Source: an uncultured bacterium | GTDB taxonomy: Bacteria > Acidobacteriota > Aminicenantia > Aminicenantales > CALLJL01 | Direction: 5' to 3' | NCBI GenBank assembly: GCA_938092135.1 | Contig: CALLJL010000008.1 | Coordinates: forward strand, 64,019-128,018 | Length of the DNA stretch: 64,000 nt | In this document: piece by piece, positions 8,973 through 18,213 of the stretch | Position numbering within the stretch: the stretch's first letter is position 1 | How the letters are laid out: each line of letters starts with the position of its first letter | The notes under the pieces: model-generated | What the model was told of the DNA's origin: nothing | The model's input: the letters and a program-made list of their open reading frames with translations, nothing else | The model's database searches: none | Made by a program: the position numbers and the translations under genes

Positions 8973-11255
8973 ATGAAAAAGAAAAGAATTGGCTTATTTT
9001 TAAGCATCATTTTAATATCAGCTTCCCTTGTTATGGCCATAGAAGCTCAGGTTGCTATCCAACGAGTAACAATTGAGCCTGGTTTGCTCCAAACCAGGGT
9101 GATTATTCTGGGATCGGTAACTTTGCCTCCTCCAACTGTTACCTATTCCAAAGAAAATCCTCGGATTTTAATTCTCACTTTAAATGGGGTTAACACCGAA
9201 AATCTTCCTTCTGTTACTTCCATAGATGATCAGTTGGTTACCTCAGCGGAGCTAAGGCGAGACGGAGAAAGAAAAGTCAGCTTATTTCTTCAGCTTAAGG
9301 AACCAGTTCCTTTTAGTCTCATCCACTCGGGCAAGGAAGTGGACCTTAAATTAACTCGAATTTTACGGGGCGAAGCTTTACAACTTCCTGAGCAGAATTT
9401 GCTTTTTCAGGGGACTTCAATCAAAGAAATCTCGCTCGAAAGAGCTTTCTGGGATAAGTCTTCGCCTACTCCCAAACTTCGGCTTCAGGTGCCTGGTGAA
9501 GTTCCGACCAGGGTTTTCGCTCTAGATCGCCCGCTGCGTCTTGTAGTTGATCTTTTGGGAACTCACTACTCTTCCTTTACAACTTTGCCTCTTAATAAGG
9601 ACGGAATTGAAAAGGTTAGAATAGCCCAATTTAAAGAAGGCAATCCCCTTTCGATAACCCGCATTGTCTTTGATCTTAAAGAAGTTAAGCCTTTTAATAT
9701 TATCCCAAATAACAATGAATTAATTATCGCTTTTCCCTCTTATGAAGCGGCTTTTGCGACCGATATTTTCTCACCCGAAATTAACCAGCCGAAACCAGAA
9801 TATAGGGAATCCCCTTCTCCCAAGGAAATGAATGCAACTTCAACTGCCTCCATACCTGAGACCAAGGTTAAAAATGAAGAAACAAATCAAGGAGAAGTAG
9901 TCAGCGAGAAAGCCGGACCTCAGGAAAAACGAAAAGAGAGCGAGCAAGCTCAGGTGCCTAAGAAATTTGAGCCTAAAGTAATTGCAGCCGTTGAAGAAAA
10001 ATATACGGGTGAGCTCATTACTCTCAGATTTAAAGATGCCGATCTCAGGGATGTCATCCTTTATTTGGGCGAATTTGCTGGATTGAATGTCATTTTTGAT
10101 CCAGAAGTTCGAGGGCAAGTTACCTGTGACTTGAGGGACCTCCCTTGGGATCAGGCCCTCGATTTAATTCTTCGCAATAATAAACTTGGTAAAGTTATTG
10201 AAGGCAATGTGTTGAGAGTGGCTCCTATAAGTACCCTAACCCGCGAAGATGAGGAACAGAGAAAACTCAAGGAAAGCAAGGAGCTTGCCGGTCCTCTCGT
10301 GGTTAAAACTATTACTCTCTCTTATTCCAAAGCCAGGGACGTCCAATCTTTACTGATGACCAAGAAATCACCTCGGGGGGAAATAATAATTGATGATAGA
10401 ACCAATACTTTGATTATTTCTGATGTGAAAGAAAATCTCGATCTCCTCGAAAAGTTAATTGCTGTTCTCGACACTCCCACCCCCCAGGTCTCTATTGAAG
10501 CTCGAATTGTTGAAGCTACATCAACTTTTATTCGAAATCTCGGTATTCAGTGGGGTTATCGGGCAATTGCCGATCCCTTCTTTGGCAATGCCACCTCCCT
10601 TGAGTTTCCCCATAAAATTCTCGCCGATGGCTCAATTATTCCCCAAGGCATAGTAACCAAAGGCATAGGCGGACCCCTAGGAGGCTATGCTATTAATCTG
10701 CCAGCGCCGGCCTTCACCACTGCTTTAGGCTTCTCTCTGGCCAATGTTCTTGATACTTTCCGTCTTGACCTGGCTCTTTCTGCCCTTGAAACTTCAGGGG
10801 AAGGCCGAATCATTTCTTGTCCTAAAATCACTACTCAGAACAACCAGGCTGCTGAAATAATTCAAGGTCGTCAGATTCCAGTTCAAACCGTAGCCAATTT
10901 CACAGTTACAACAAGATATGTTAATGCTGCCCTCGAATTAAGAGCCACACCTCAAATTACGGCTGAGGGAACAATCATCATGACGATCGAAATTCAAAAT
11001 AATGCAGCCGACTTTGCCAATCTCGTCAATGGCATCCCACCAATTACTACTCAAAGTGCCCGAACCACAGTCATGGTGCCCGACGGCGGAACCACGGTTA
11101 TCGGAGGCATATATAGAAGCGAGGATTCTATAACTAGAGAAAGAGTCCCCTTCCTTCATCAGATTCCCATTTTGGGGAAACTCTTTCGCTCCTTTGCCCG
11201 GACAAAACAAAATCGGGAGTTACTTATATTTATAACTCCCAGAATAATTAAATAA
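8973..11255 (+). CDS. pilQ: type IV pilus secretin PilQ
   Basis: 760 aa. The C-terminus (GGTTVIGGIYRSEDSITRERVPFLHQIPILGKLFRSFARTKQNRELLIFITPRII) is the canonical secretin signature. Starts 2 nt after pilP. Confidence 0.85.
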   Translation: MKKKRIGLFLSIILISASLVMAIEAQVAIQRVTIEPGLLQTRVIILGSVTLPPPTVTYSKENPRILILTLNGVNTENLPSVTSIDDQLVTSAELRRDGERKVSLFLQLKEPVPFSLIHSGKEVDLKLTRILRGEALQLPEQNLLFQGTSIKEISLERAFWDKSSPTPKLRLQVPGEVPTRVFALDRPLRLVVDLLGTHYSSFTTLPLNKDGIEKVRIAQFKEGNPLSITRIVFDLKEVKPFNIIPNNNELIIAFPSYEAAFATDIFSPEINQPKPEYRESPSPKEMNATSTASIPETKVKNEETNQGEVVSEKAGPQEKRKESEQAQVPKKFEPKVIAAVEEKYTGELITLRFKDADLRDVILYLGEFAGLNVIFDPEVRGQVTCDLRDLPWDQALDLILRNNKLGKVIEGNVLRVAPISTLTREDEEQRKLKESKELAGPLVVKTITLSYSKARDVQSLLMTKKSPRGEIIIDDRTNTLIISDVKENLDLLEKLIAVLDTPTPQVSIEARIVEATSTFIRNLGIQWGYRAIADPFFGNATSLEFPHKILADGSIIPQGIVTKGIGGPLGGYAINLPAPAFTTALGFSLANVLDTFRLDLALSALETSGEGRIISCPKITTQNNQAAEIIQGRQIPVQTVANFTVTTRYVNAALELRATPQITAEGTIIMTIEIQNNAADFANLVNGIPPITTQSARTTVMVPDGGTTVIGGIYRSEDSITRERVPFLHQIPILGKLFRSFARTKQNRELLIFITPRIIK

Positions 11256-11266
11256 GGGGTAGGAAA

Positions 11267-11869
11267 ATGAGAAGAATAAAATTAGGCTGGAAAGCGGTTA
11301 TAACTTTATTGGCCTTAGTTTCCCTTTTTGCTTGTAATCCAATTGAAGACGAAACCAAATCTGACAGCTTGCTCATAGTTGAAAGAATAACTGGAGTAGA
11401 TGCTGAAGGCAATGAAGCCGATTTTCTCCAGTCTGATGTCATCAAAGTTAATACTGAAACCGGCGAAACCTATGTTACTGCCGATGTGGCTAAGGCCACT
11501 TTGAGAGCAGTCCTTCTGGATCCTGCCCCACTCATGGGAGCTTCGACTTATAACGATATTTTGGTCAATCGCTATGTTGTAACTTATACCCGAACTGATA
11601 ATAAAAATACGCCGGGGGTCGATGTTCCCTATCCGATTGAGGGTACGTTGAATGTCTTGGTAAAGATTGATCAATCAGTTCAGGTGAGTTTCATCGTCGT
11701 CAGGGAAACTGCTAAACTTGAGCCGCCCTTACGCAATCTGGCAGTAGGCCGAGCCGAAGGGGTACTAACAGTTAACGCTAAGATTGATTTCTATGGTGAA
11801 GACATGACCAGGCGAAAAGTTAAGGCAACTGGTTATTTAACCATAGAGTTTGCCAACTATCTCGATTAA
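11267..11869 (+). CDS. lipoprotein of unknown function, co-oriented immediately downstream of pilQ
   Basis: Signal peptide plus lipobox LFAC-N. 200 aa. 11-nt gap after pilQ. No family recognised. Confidence 0.5.
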   Translation: MRRIKLGWKAVITLLALVSLFACNPIEDETKSDSLLIVERITGVDAEGNEADFLQSDVIKVNTETGETYVTADVAKATLRAVLLDPAPLMGASTYNDILVNRYVVTYTRTDNKNTPGVDVPYPIEGTLNVLVKIDQSVQVSFIVVRETAKLEPPLRNLAVGRAEGVLTVNAKIDFYGEDMTRRKVKATGYLTIEFANYLD

Positions 11870-11884
11870 AAGGAGGGGAAACCC

Positions 11885-12688
11885 ATGAAAAAAATAATTC
11901 TTTTTCTTTTGGCTATAGCTGTTGTTTTAATACTTTCCCCCGCATGTAAAAGAAGTGACATTTCCCCTCCGGAACCCTTCGCCCCCTCTTCTCTGACAAC
12001 ACTTCTTAAACTGACAGCCAGCCCCAATGCTCTTTTTGCCACCAAAAATACGCGAGGGATGACGACAGTTACAGCTCGGTTAACCAAATATAATGGTAAT
12101 CCCCTACCAAACCGAACCATATATTTTGAAATTATGGATAGTAGTTTTCAAAAAATCAATCTCGGCTATTTTGAAGGTAATCAATCAATCGCTGTTAAGA
12201 CCACCGACTCCAATGGGATCACTCGGGTAAATTATTATGGTCCCTTAAGTATCGAACTAAGCGAGAATATAACGATATATATAAAAGCTACAGTAGCCTG
12301 GGAGGGAGTAGAAACCATTTTCGAGGTAGCGCCCATTATAATCATAACTGAACCGAGCGACCTTTCTTTCTTAGTCAAGGCTGATCCAGATGTTCTTCTG
12401 GCAACGAATGAAAAGCCCAGGTCACTTCTTTCAGCAACAGTCAAATTGGGAGGAAAACCTCTGGCAGGCGTAAGGGTATATTTCCTAATCCAAGCTGGTT
12501 CTCCCGGAACCTTTGAGGACGGATACAAGGCAACTTATCGAGATACCGATGTAACCGGAACTGCCAGCATTAATTATATCGGTCCTACAAGAGATGAGAT
12601 TGCTGGCGATACATCAGTCATATTGCGAGCCCAGCTGACTGAAAGTATCTATGAAGAAGTTTACCTTCGGGTAATAAGACAGAGATAG
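11885..12688 (+). CDS. lipoprotein with two internal Ig-like (Big_1/invasin-like) repeats
   Basis: Lipobox SPAC-K. Internal duplication: ...TARLTKYNGNPLPNRTIYFEIMD...GITRVNYYGPLSIELSENITIYIKATVAWEG matches ...ATVKLGGKPLAGVRVYFLIQ...GTASINYIGPTRDEIAGDTSVILRAQL. An AGGAGGGG RBS precedes it. Confidence 0.5.
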   Translation: MKKIILFLLAIAVVLILSPACKRSDISPPEPFAPSSLTTLLKLTASPNALFATKNTRGMTTVTARLTKYNGNPLPNRTIYFEIMDSSFQKINLGYFEGNQSIAVKTTDSNGITRVNYYGPLSIELSENITIYIKATVAWEGVETIFEVAPIIIITEPSDLSFLVKADPDVLLATNEKPRSLLSATVKLGGKPLAGVRVYFLIQAGSPGTFEDGYKATYRDTDVTGTASINYIGPTRDEIAGDTSVILRAQLTESIYEEVYLRVIRQR

Positions 12689-12706
12689 AAATTCTAAATT
12701 TTAGAT

Positions 12707-14854
12707 TTAATCAATTAACTCGATAAAGGAGAAATTTCTGGTCCCTCTTAAGAAGGAAAGAGAGGATAATAACTTTTCTTTTTCTTTTGCCTTAAGCCAT
12801 AGCTGAACCTGATATTTCCCCTTAATTGAGGGCAAAATTGATGGACCAAAAATCTCTTCTATTCCGAAAGAAGCGGCCATTTTCATCCTTATTTCCCTGG
12901 CCAAACGCCCTAATTCCCTTAGATTTCGTCCAGTCAAAACGATTCTCGCTAAGCATTTCCAGGGTGGTAAGCCCAAGAAGCGCCGGAACCGCATTTCAGC
13001 CTTAACCAGTTCAAAATAATTATTTTCGGCCAGAGCCTTGATGACATAATTTTCAGGGATGGCTGTTTGAAGAAGAAGTTCTCCCTGTCCGTCCTGGTCC
13101 ATCTCCTCTTGGAGTCGGCGAATTAAATAAAATAATTTTTCCCCCGATCGAAAATCAGGATAAGCTAACATTATTTCCGGAAAAAGAAAAGCGGTCAAAG
13201 AGATTTGCCGCCAGTTTATATTAGGAATGAGGAATTGGGTACCAATGATTATTTCCAGTTTGCCTCGATCAAATTCTTTTTTGAATTTTAAAAGCTTTTC
13301 TTTTCCCCGCAAAATCTCAGCTTGGATGGCCCTTATTCCAGCTTCAGGCCAAAGTCGTTTTGCCTCCTCTTCAACAGCCTCAAGCCCATATCCTTTGGTT
13401 CCTAATGATGGACTTTGACATTCAGGGCAACGATGCCATTGAGTCTCGCTGAAGCCACATTGAGGGCAGATAAGCTTTTCTCTTTGGGCATAAAGGGTCA
13501 GAGGCCGTCGACACTTAGGACAGAGAGCTAGATGCCCACAGCGAAGGCAGATTAGCAATGAGGCATAACCACGCCGATTGACTAAAAGAGCTACCTTTTG
13601 CCCCATGGAAAGACGTTCGCTGATCATTTTCTGTAAATCTGGACTTAAAATTTTATTTTCAACAGAGGAATAAGAAATAATTTTGATTTTTCTCTCTGGT
13701 TGGCCTAAATTAAGCAAAAAACCCTGGTTTTGGGCTTTAGCAAAAAAGCTCACTGAAGGAGCTGATGAACCATAGAGAATAATTGCCTTTTCCTTTTGAG
13801 ACCTTAAGCAAGCGGCTTCGCGGGCATCATAAAAAGGGCTTGGATGAACATAAGCCTCATCAATCTCTTCGCTTAAGTAAATTAGCCTAATTTCGGGTAA
13901 AGGGGCAAAAACGGCCGACCGGGAACCGATAACTAAGCTAGCTTCGCCTCGCCGAATTTTTAACCAAGTATTTTCTCTTTTCTGAACGCTCAGCTCACCA
14001 TGAAGAAGGGCGATCCTCTTTGGATCAATCAGGCCGGTTATTTTTTCAAGAAAAAAGGAAATTTCAGTTATTTCGGGCACAAGAATGAGGATAGGGGGAG
14101 GGCAGGAGCCCAATTTCCTTAAGAGTGACAGCAAAAAATTCTCTCGCCTTGCCTTTGGGCCAAAGAGGAGAAATTTTTTGAACTCTCTTTTTTCTAAGGA
14201 TTTCTCAATCTCTAATAAGTAAGGTTCAAATTCCTTCTCGTAATGGAAATCCAATTTAAGCTGAGCGACTTCTTTTTGAGCGGACAAAGCTTTTCTCTGG
14301 CCTAACTTTATTTTGCTTTCCCTTTTCACCCAGCCCAGTGACTCCAAGCGTCGAAGCAGAAATGGCAAACCTGAATAATCTACCTTCCTTTGAAGATAGC
14401 GCCAGTTTAGGGCTTTCTTAGAAGAGAGGTGATTTAAAATGGCTTCAACTTGACTGTATCTTTTTTTAAAATGCTTTTTTATTTCATCCCTTTCTGGCCT
14501 TTTAACTAAAAGATATTTCCCTTTTTCCTCAATAAAAAAAGAGGGTGGCAAAGCTGCCTTGAGTAATTCTCCGGGCGCCACAAAGCTAATTCGGCTCAAA
14601 TCTTGAAAGAAATCCATGAAAAAGGAATTAACAAGGGGCTTTTCATCCAGCACTGAAAGAATAGGCTTAACTTGAATCCCCTTTTCGAGAGGTCCTTCTC
14701 TAATTTGGCAAACAATACCTGTCAGAATTCTGGTTCGAAAAGGAACCAAGACTCTGACTCCAACTTGAATGGCTGAGACCAATTCCGGCGGAACAGAATA
14801 GATAAATGTCTTTTCCAGGGGAAGAGGTAAGATTACCTCAACATAGGGCATCAT
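12707..14854 (-). CDS. priA: primosomal protein N' (replication restart helicase PriA)
   Basis: 715 aa. Cys-rich zinc-binding insert (CLRCGHLALCPKCRRPL...CPQCGF...CPECQS) within helicase motifs, characteristic of PriA. Confidence 0.85.
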   Translation of the reverse strand: MMPYVEVILPLPLEKTFIYSVPPELVSAIQVGVRVLVPFRTRILTGIVCQIREGPLEKGIQVKPILSVLDEKPLVNSFFMDFFQDLSRISFVAPGELLKAALPPSFFIEEKGKYLLVKRPERDEIKKHFKKRYSQVEAILNHLSSKKALNWRYLQRKVDYSGLPFLLRRLESLGWVKRESKIKLGQRKALSAQKEVAQLKLDFHYEKEFEPYLLEIEKSLEKREFKKFLLFGPKARRENFLLSLLRKLGSCPPPILILVPEITEISFFLEKITGLIDPKRIALLHGELSVQKRENTWLKIRRGEASLVIGSRSAVFAPLPEIRLIYLSEEIDEAYVHPSPFYDAREAACLRSQKEKAIILYGSSAPSVSFFAKAQNQGFLLNLGQPERKIKIISYSSVENKILSPDLQKMISERLSMGQKVALLVNRRGYASLLICLRCGHLALCPKCRRPLTLYAQREKLICPQCGFSETQWHRCPECQSPSLGTKGYGLEAVEEEAKRLWPEAGIRAIQAEILRGKEKLLKFKKEFDRGKLEIIIGTQFLIPNINWRQISLTAFLFPEIMLAYPDFRSGEKLFYLIRRLQEEMDQDGQGELLLQTAIPENYVIKALAENNYFELVKAEMRFRRFLGLPPWKCLARIVLTGRNLRELGRLAREIRMKMAASFGIEEIFGPSILPSIKGKYQVQLWLKAKEKEKLLSSLSFLRGTRNFSFIELID

Positions 14855-15540
14855 CTTCGACCAAGCAGAGCCATTACCTTTTTCATGTCCTGCCAGACTC
14901 TTTGCTTGACTTCTTTCCGGCCTTCATTTCTTAAAACATAAGCGGGATGGTAAGTGGGCATAACGGGAATTCCCTTATAATCAAAAAAAGTGCCTCTTAT
15001 CTCGCCCAGGCCCAAATTGCCTGGCCCAAAGAAATCAGCGGCCACCTTGCCTAAGGCCACAATTACTTTGGGCTTGATGAGATTAATCTGAGCTTCAAGA
15101 TAGGGTGAACATTTAATTATTTCTTCCTGTTTTGGGGTTCTATTTTCAGGCGGACGGCATTTGACCACATTGGTTATAAAAACCTCTTCTCGTTTGAAGG
15201 TCATAGCTTCAATGATTTTTGTCAGCAGCTGACCAGCCCGGCCAACAAAGGGCCTTCCCTGTTTATCTTCCTCTTCTCCTGGAGCTTCTCCCACAAACAT
15301 CAATTCAGCCTGCCAATTTCCTTCGCCCGGAACAGCCTTTGATCTTGTCCGAAATAGGGGACAACGTTCACAGCTAAGAATTGCCTTTTCAATTTGGGGC
15401 ATTAACCAAGAACGAGGTCCTCGTTCACAATAACTATCGAGAAAATCGATACCAATTTCGTTCAAAAACCTTAGATATTCCTTTAATTGATCGAACGTAT
15501 TTTCAGGTGGCTTTTTCAAGGTAAGCCTCAAGAACATCAA
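14851..15540 (-). CDS. uracil-DNA glycosylase, family 4
   Basis: [23 protein letters not shown] is the family-4 UDG active-site motif. N-terminal Cys cluster present. 4-nt overlap with priA. Confidence 0.85.
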   Translation of the reverse strand: MMFLRLTLKKPPENTFDQLKEYLRFLNEIGIDFLDSYCERGPRSWLMPQIEKAILSCERCPLFRTRSKAVPGEGNWQAELMFVGEAPGEEEDKQGRPFVGRAGQLLTKIIEAMTFKREEVFITNVVKCRPPENRTPKQEEIIKCSPYLEAQINLIKPKVIVALGKVAADFFGPGNLGLGEIRGTFFDYKGIPVMPTYHPAYVLRNEGRKEVKQRVWQDMKKVMALLGRR

Positions 15541-16708
15541 AGATTAATTGACTGATTTCTCTTTTACTCTTTACTCCAGAACGAATGACCTGACCTTGGC
15601 GATCAAGGATAAGAACATCATTTAAATCAGCTTCAAAGCCAATCCCGGGAATTGAGACATCATTGGCCACAATTAGGTCAAGACCCTTCTTCTCCATTTT
15701 TTCCCTGGCCGCATCTTCAAGCTCTTGAGTTTCGGCGGCAAAGCCCACAAGGATTTTCTTTTTTCTCAAGGGATGGGTAGCCAGAAAATCCAGAATGTCC
15801 TCAGTGGCCACAAGTTTAATCTCCGGTATTCCTTGATTTTTCTTCCATTTTGAAGTCATTGCCTCAGCCGGGCGGAAGTCAGCCACAGCGGCCGCCATGA
15901 TAACCACATCTGCCTCATCAAAATACTTTTCCACTTCCTTTTTCATTTCGGCCGCTGTTTCAATCCTGATTACTTTAACTCCATAAGGAGAAGGTAGATT
16001 AACCGGTCCGGAAATAAGAATGACCTCGGCCCCCCTTCGGCTGGCTTCACGAGCCAGTTCATAACCCATTTTCCCCGACGAACGATTGCTTATGAAACGG
16101 ACTGGATCAATAGGTTCTCTTGTTGGACCAGCGGTAATAATAATTTTTTTATTTCTCCACTTGAAGCTTGAAGTAAGAAGGCTTTCAGCCAGGGCGATAA
16201 TTTTTTCGACTTCAGCCAGCCGGCCCCAGCCCTCATCCCCACAGGCTAAAAGCCCTCTTTCCGGTTCACAGATGATAACCCCCTGCCGCCTCAATTCTTG
16301 AAGGTTGGCCTGAGTTCGGGGATGGAGATACATAGCCTCGTTCATCGCCGGAGCAACAATTACTGGACAATTCACCGCCAGATAAAAGGTCGAAAGAAAA
16401 TCATCGGCAATTCCTGAAGCCATTTTAGCAATAAAATTGGCGGTAGCCGGGGCAATAAGGAGCAATTCAGTTTTTCGAGCAAGCTCGATATGCTCGATTT
16501 TTTCAGTCTCCTTTGTTTCAAATAAATTAATTAAAACGGGATTTCCAGTCAGGGCCTGAAAAAGAAGTGGGGAAATAAATTGACTGGCCTTTTGAGTCAT
16601 AATGACTTGGACTGAATGATTTTTCTTTTGAAGCTGGCGGATGATCTCACAGGCTTTGTAGATGGCAATTGATGAGGAAACCCCAAGAACTATCCTGGCC
16701 ATCTTCAC
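15503..16708 (-). CDS. coaBC: bifunctional phosphopantothenoylcysteine decarboxylase/synthetase
   Basis: N-terminal flavoprotein domain (ILGVSSSIAIYKA...PAMNEAMY) and C-terminal CoaB domain (ITAGPTREPIDPVRFISNRSSGKMG). Confidence 0.9.
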   Translation of the reverse strand: MKMARIVLGVSSSIAIYKACEIIRQLQKKNHSVQVIMTQKASQFISPLLFQALTGNPVLINLFETKETEKIEHIELARKTELLLIAPATANFIAKMASGIADDFLSTFYLAVNCPVIVAPAMNEAMYLHPRTQANLQELRRQGVIICEPERGLLACGDEGWGRLAEVEKIIALAESLLTSSFKWRNKKIIITAGPTREPIDPVRFISNRSSGKMGYELAREASRRGAEVILISGPVNLPSPYGVKVIRIETAAEMKKEVEKYFDEADVVIMAAAVADFRPAEAMTSKWKKNQGIPEIKLVATEDILDFLATHPLRKKKILVGFAAETQELEDAAREKMEKKGLDLIVANDVSIPGIGFEADLNDVLILDRQGQVIRSGVKSKREISQLIFDVLEAYLEKAT

Positions 16709-17319
16709 CTCCCCTGAGATTTCGCCTTAAAAGAAGCTAACACTGCCAGAATCTTTTTTCTCATCCTCAATTGCCGTCTATTTTCAGCCTTTACAATGGC
16801 TTCGATCTCCTCAAGGGCTTGATCAACCTTTTCATTTATGATTACATAATCGAAAAGATGATAATTCTTAATTTCTTGTTTGGCTCTTTGGAGTCGCCTC
16901 TGCCTTTCCTCAGCGGCTAGATCTCCTCTTGCCAAGAGCCGCTTCTCCAGGGATTCTCGATTAGGGGGTAAAATGAATATAAAGACAGCTTCCTTTAAAG
17001 CCAATTCTTTAACTTGTCGCGCCCCTTGAACATCAATATCAAGAACAAGATCCACCGATTGGCTCTTCTTAAATTCCTTTTTAGATGTTCCATAGTAGTA
17101 ACCGTGGACAATAGCCCATTCAACAAAAGCCTTTTTCTTTATAAGTCGCGAAAATTCAGCTTCGCTGACAAAATGATAATCAAGGCCATCAACTTCCCCG
17201 GGACGAGGGGGTCTGGTGGTGTGGGAAACGGAAAATTTCATTTCCGGATGTCTTTCGAGGAAGGCTCGAATTAAGGTTGTTTTGCCAGCGCCAGAGGGAC
17301 CGGTAATTACCAAAAGCAT
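16705..17319 (-). CDS. gmk: guanylate kinase
   Basis: P-loop GPSGAGKTT, plus YHFVS and AIVHGYYYGT motifs typical of Gmk. Confidence 0.9.
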   Translation of the reverse strand: MLLVITGPSGAGKTTLIRAFLERHPEMKFSVSHTTRPPRPGEVDGLDYHFVSEAEFSRLIKKKAFVEWAIVHGYYYGTSKKEFKKSQSVDLVLDIDVQGARQVKELALKEAVFIFILPPNRESLEKRLLARGDLAAEERQRRLQRAKQEIKNYHLFDYVIINEKVDQALEEIEAIVKAENRRQLRMRKKILAVLASFKAKSQGR

Positions 17320-17334
17320 AAATTCTGACCTATT

Positions 17335-18213
17335 TTATTCTATATTTTGACTTTGCTGGCGAATGGCCTCAATTTCTGATTTCATTTTTATACTTTCTTT
17401 AATTATTTCTAAGGACAGGCTCTTTGAGGCCAGGGTTGATACCTCCCTTAGAAGCTCTTGGGCTAAAAAATCAATCTGTCTTCCCTTTGACTCCTGGCTC
17501 TCACTCGCCAGGATTTCCCTCAGAGAAGATAGATGAGCTTCAATTCTGGCTATTTCTTCCCTAATATCACCTTTAATTAAAAGATAAGCCACCTCTTCTT
17601 CAAGCCTTTTTTCGTTAATTTGGTCAGCGCCAACAATTCCCTTTAATTTAACCCTGAGCTTTTCCCGCCAATTAGTCTTTTCCTGGCTTGTATATTTCTT
17701 GATTATTTTTACACTTTTTTCAAGGTGACCAAGATAAGTTCGAATAGTTGCGGCTAACTTTCTTCCTTCCCTTTCTCGCTGCTCTATTGCCTTTTCAAGG
17801 GTTCTTAGGAAAATTGATTTCAGAAATTCTTTGGTTTGAGAATCAAGTTCTTTTCTTTTAATCGTTACAAGGTGGGGAATCTTAAAAAAAGTATCGCCGC
17901 TAAAAACCAGTTTCTGGCCGAGACTCTTTTCGAGTTTCCGGCTTATCTCACCTATCTTCTGAACTAACCCACTCTCTATTTTTACTTCCCAGCCAGAAGC
18001 CTCGGTGGCCATTAATTCAAAAGAAACCTCAACTCTTCCTCGATAAATATAACTTTGGGCAAGCGAACGCAGCTCAATTTCGAGCTCACCCCAATCTGGC
18101 CCATGAAAAAACCAGTCAAAATAACGATGATTGAGAGTCTTCAGGCTTAATTTTCCTTTTAGTTTGTTTGTTCTTATCGTCGCCGAAGCAAAACTGGTCA
18201 TGCTCCGAATCAA
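17335..18213 (-). CDS. yicC: YicC-family stress-induced protein (DUF1732)
   Basis: N-terminus MIRSMTSFA is characteristic. 292 aa. Its position beside gmk is a conserved synteny. Confidence 0.8.
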   Translation of the reverse strand: MIRSMTSFASATIRTNKLKGKLSLKTLNHRYFDWFFHGPDWGELEIELRSLAQSYIYRGRVEVSFELMATEASGWEVKIESGLVQKIGEISRKLEKSLGQKLVFSGDTFFKIPHLVTIKRKELDSQTKEFLKSIFLRTLEKAIEQREREGRKLAATIRTYLGHLEKSVKIIKKYTSQEKTNWREKLRVKLKGIVGADQINEKRLEEEVAYLLIKGDIREEIARIEAHLSSLREILASESQESKGRQIDFLAQELLREVSTLASKSLSLEIIKESIKMKSEIEAIRQQSQNIE

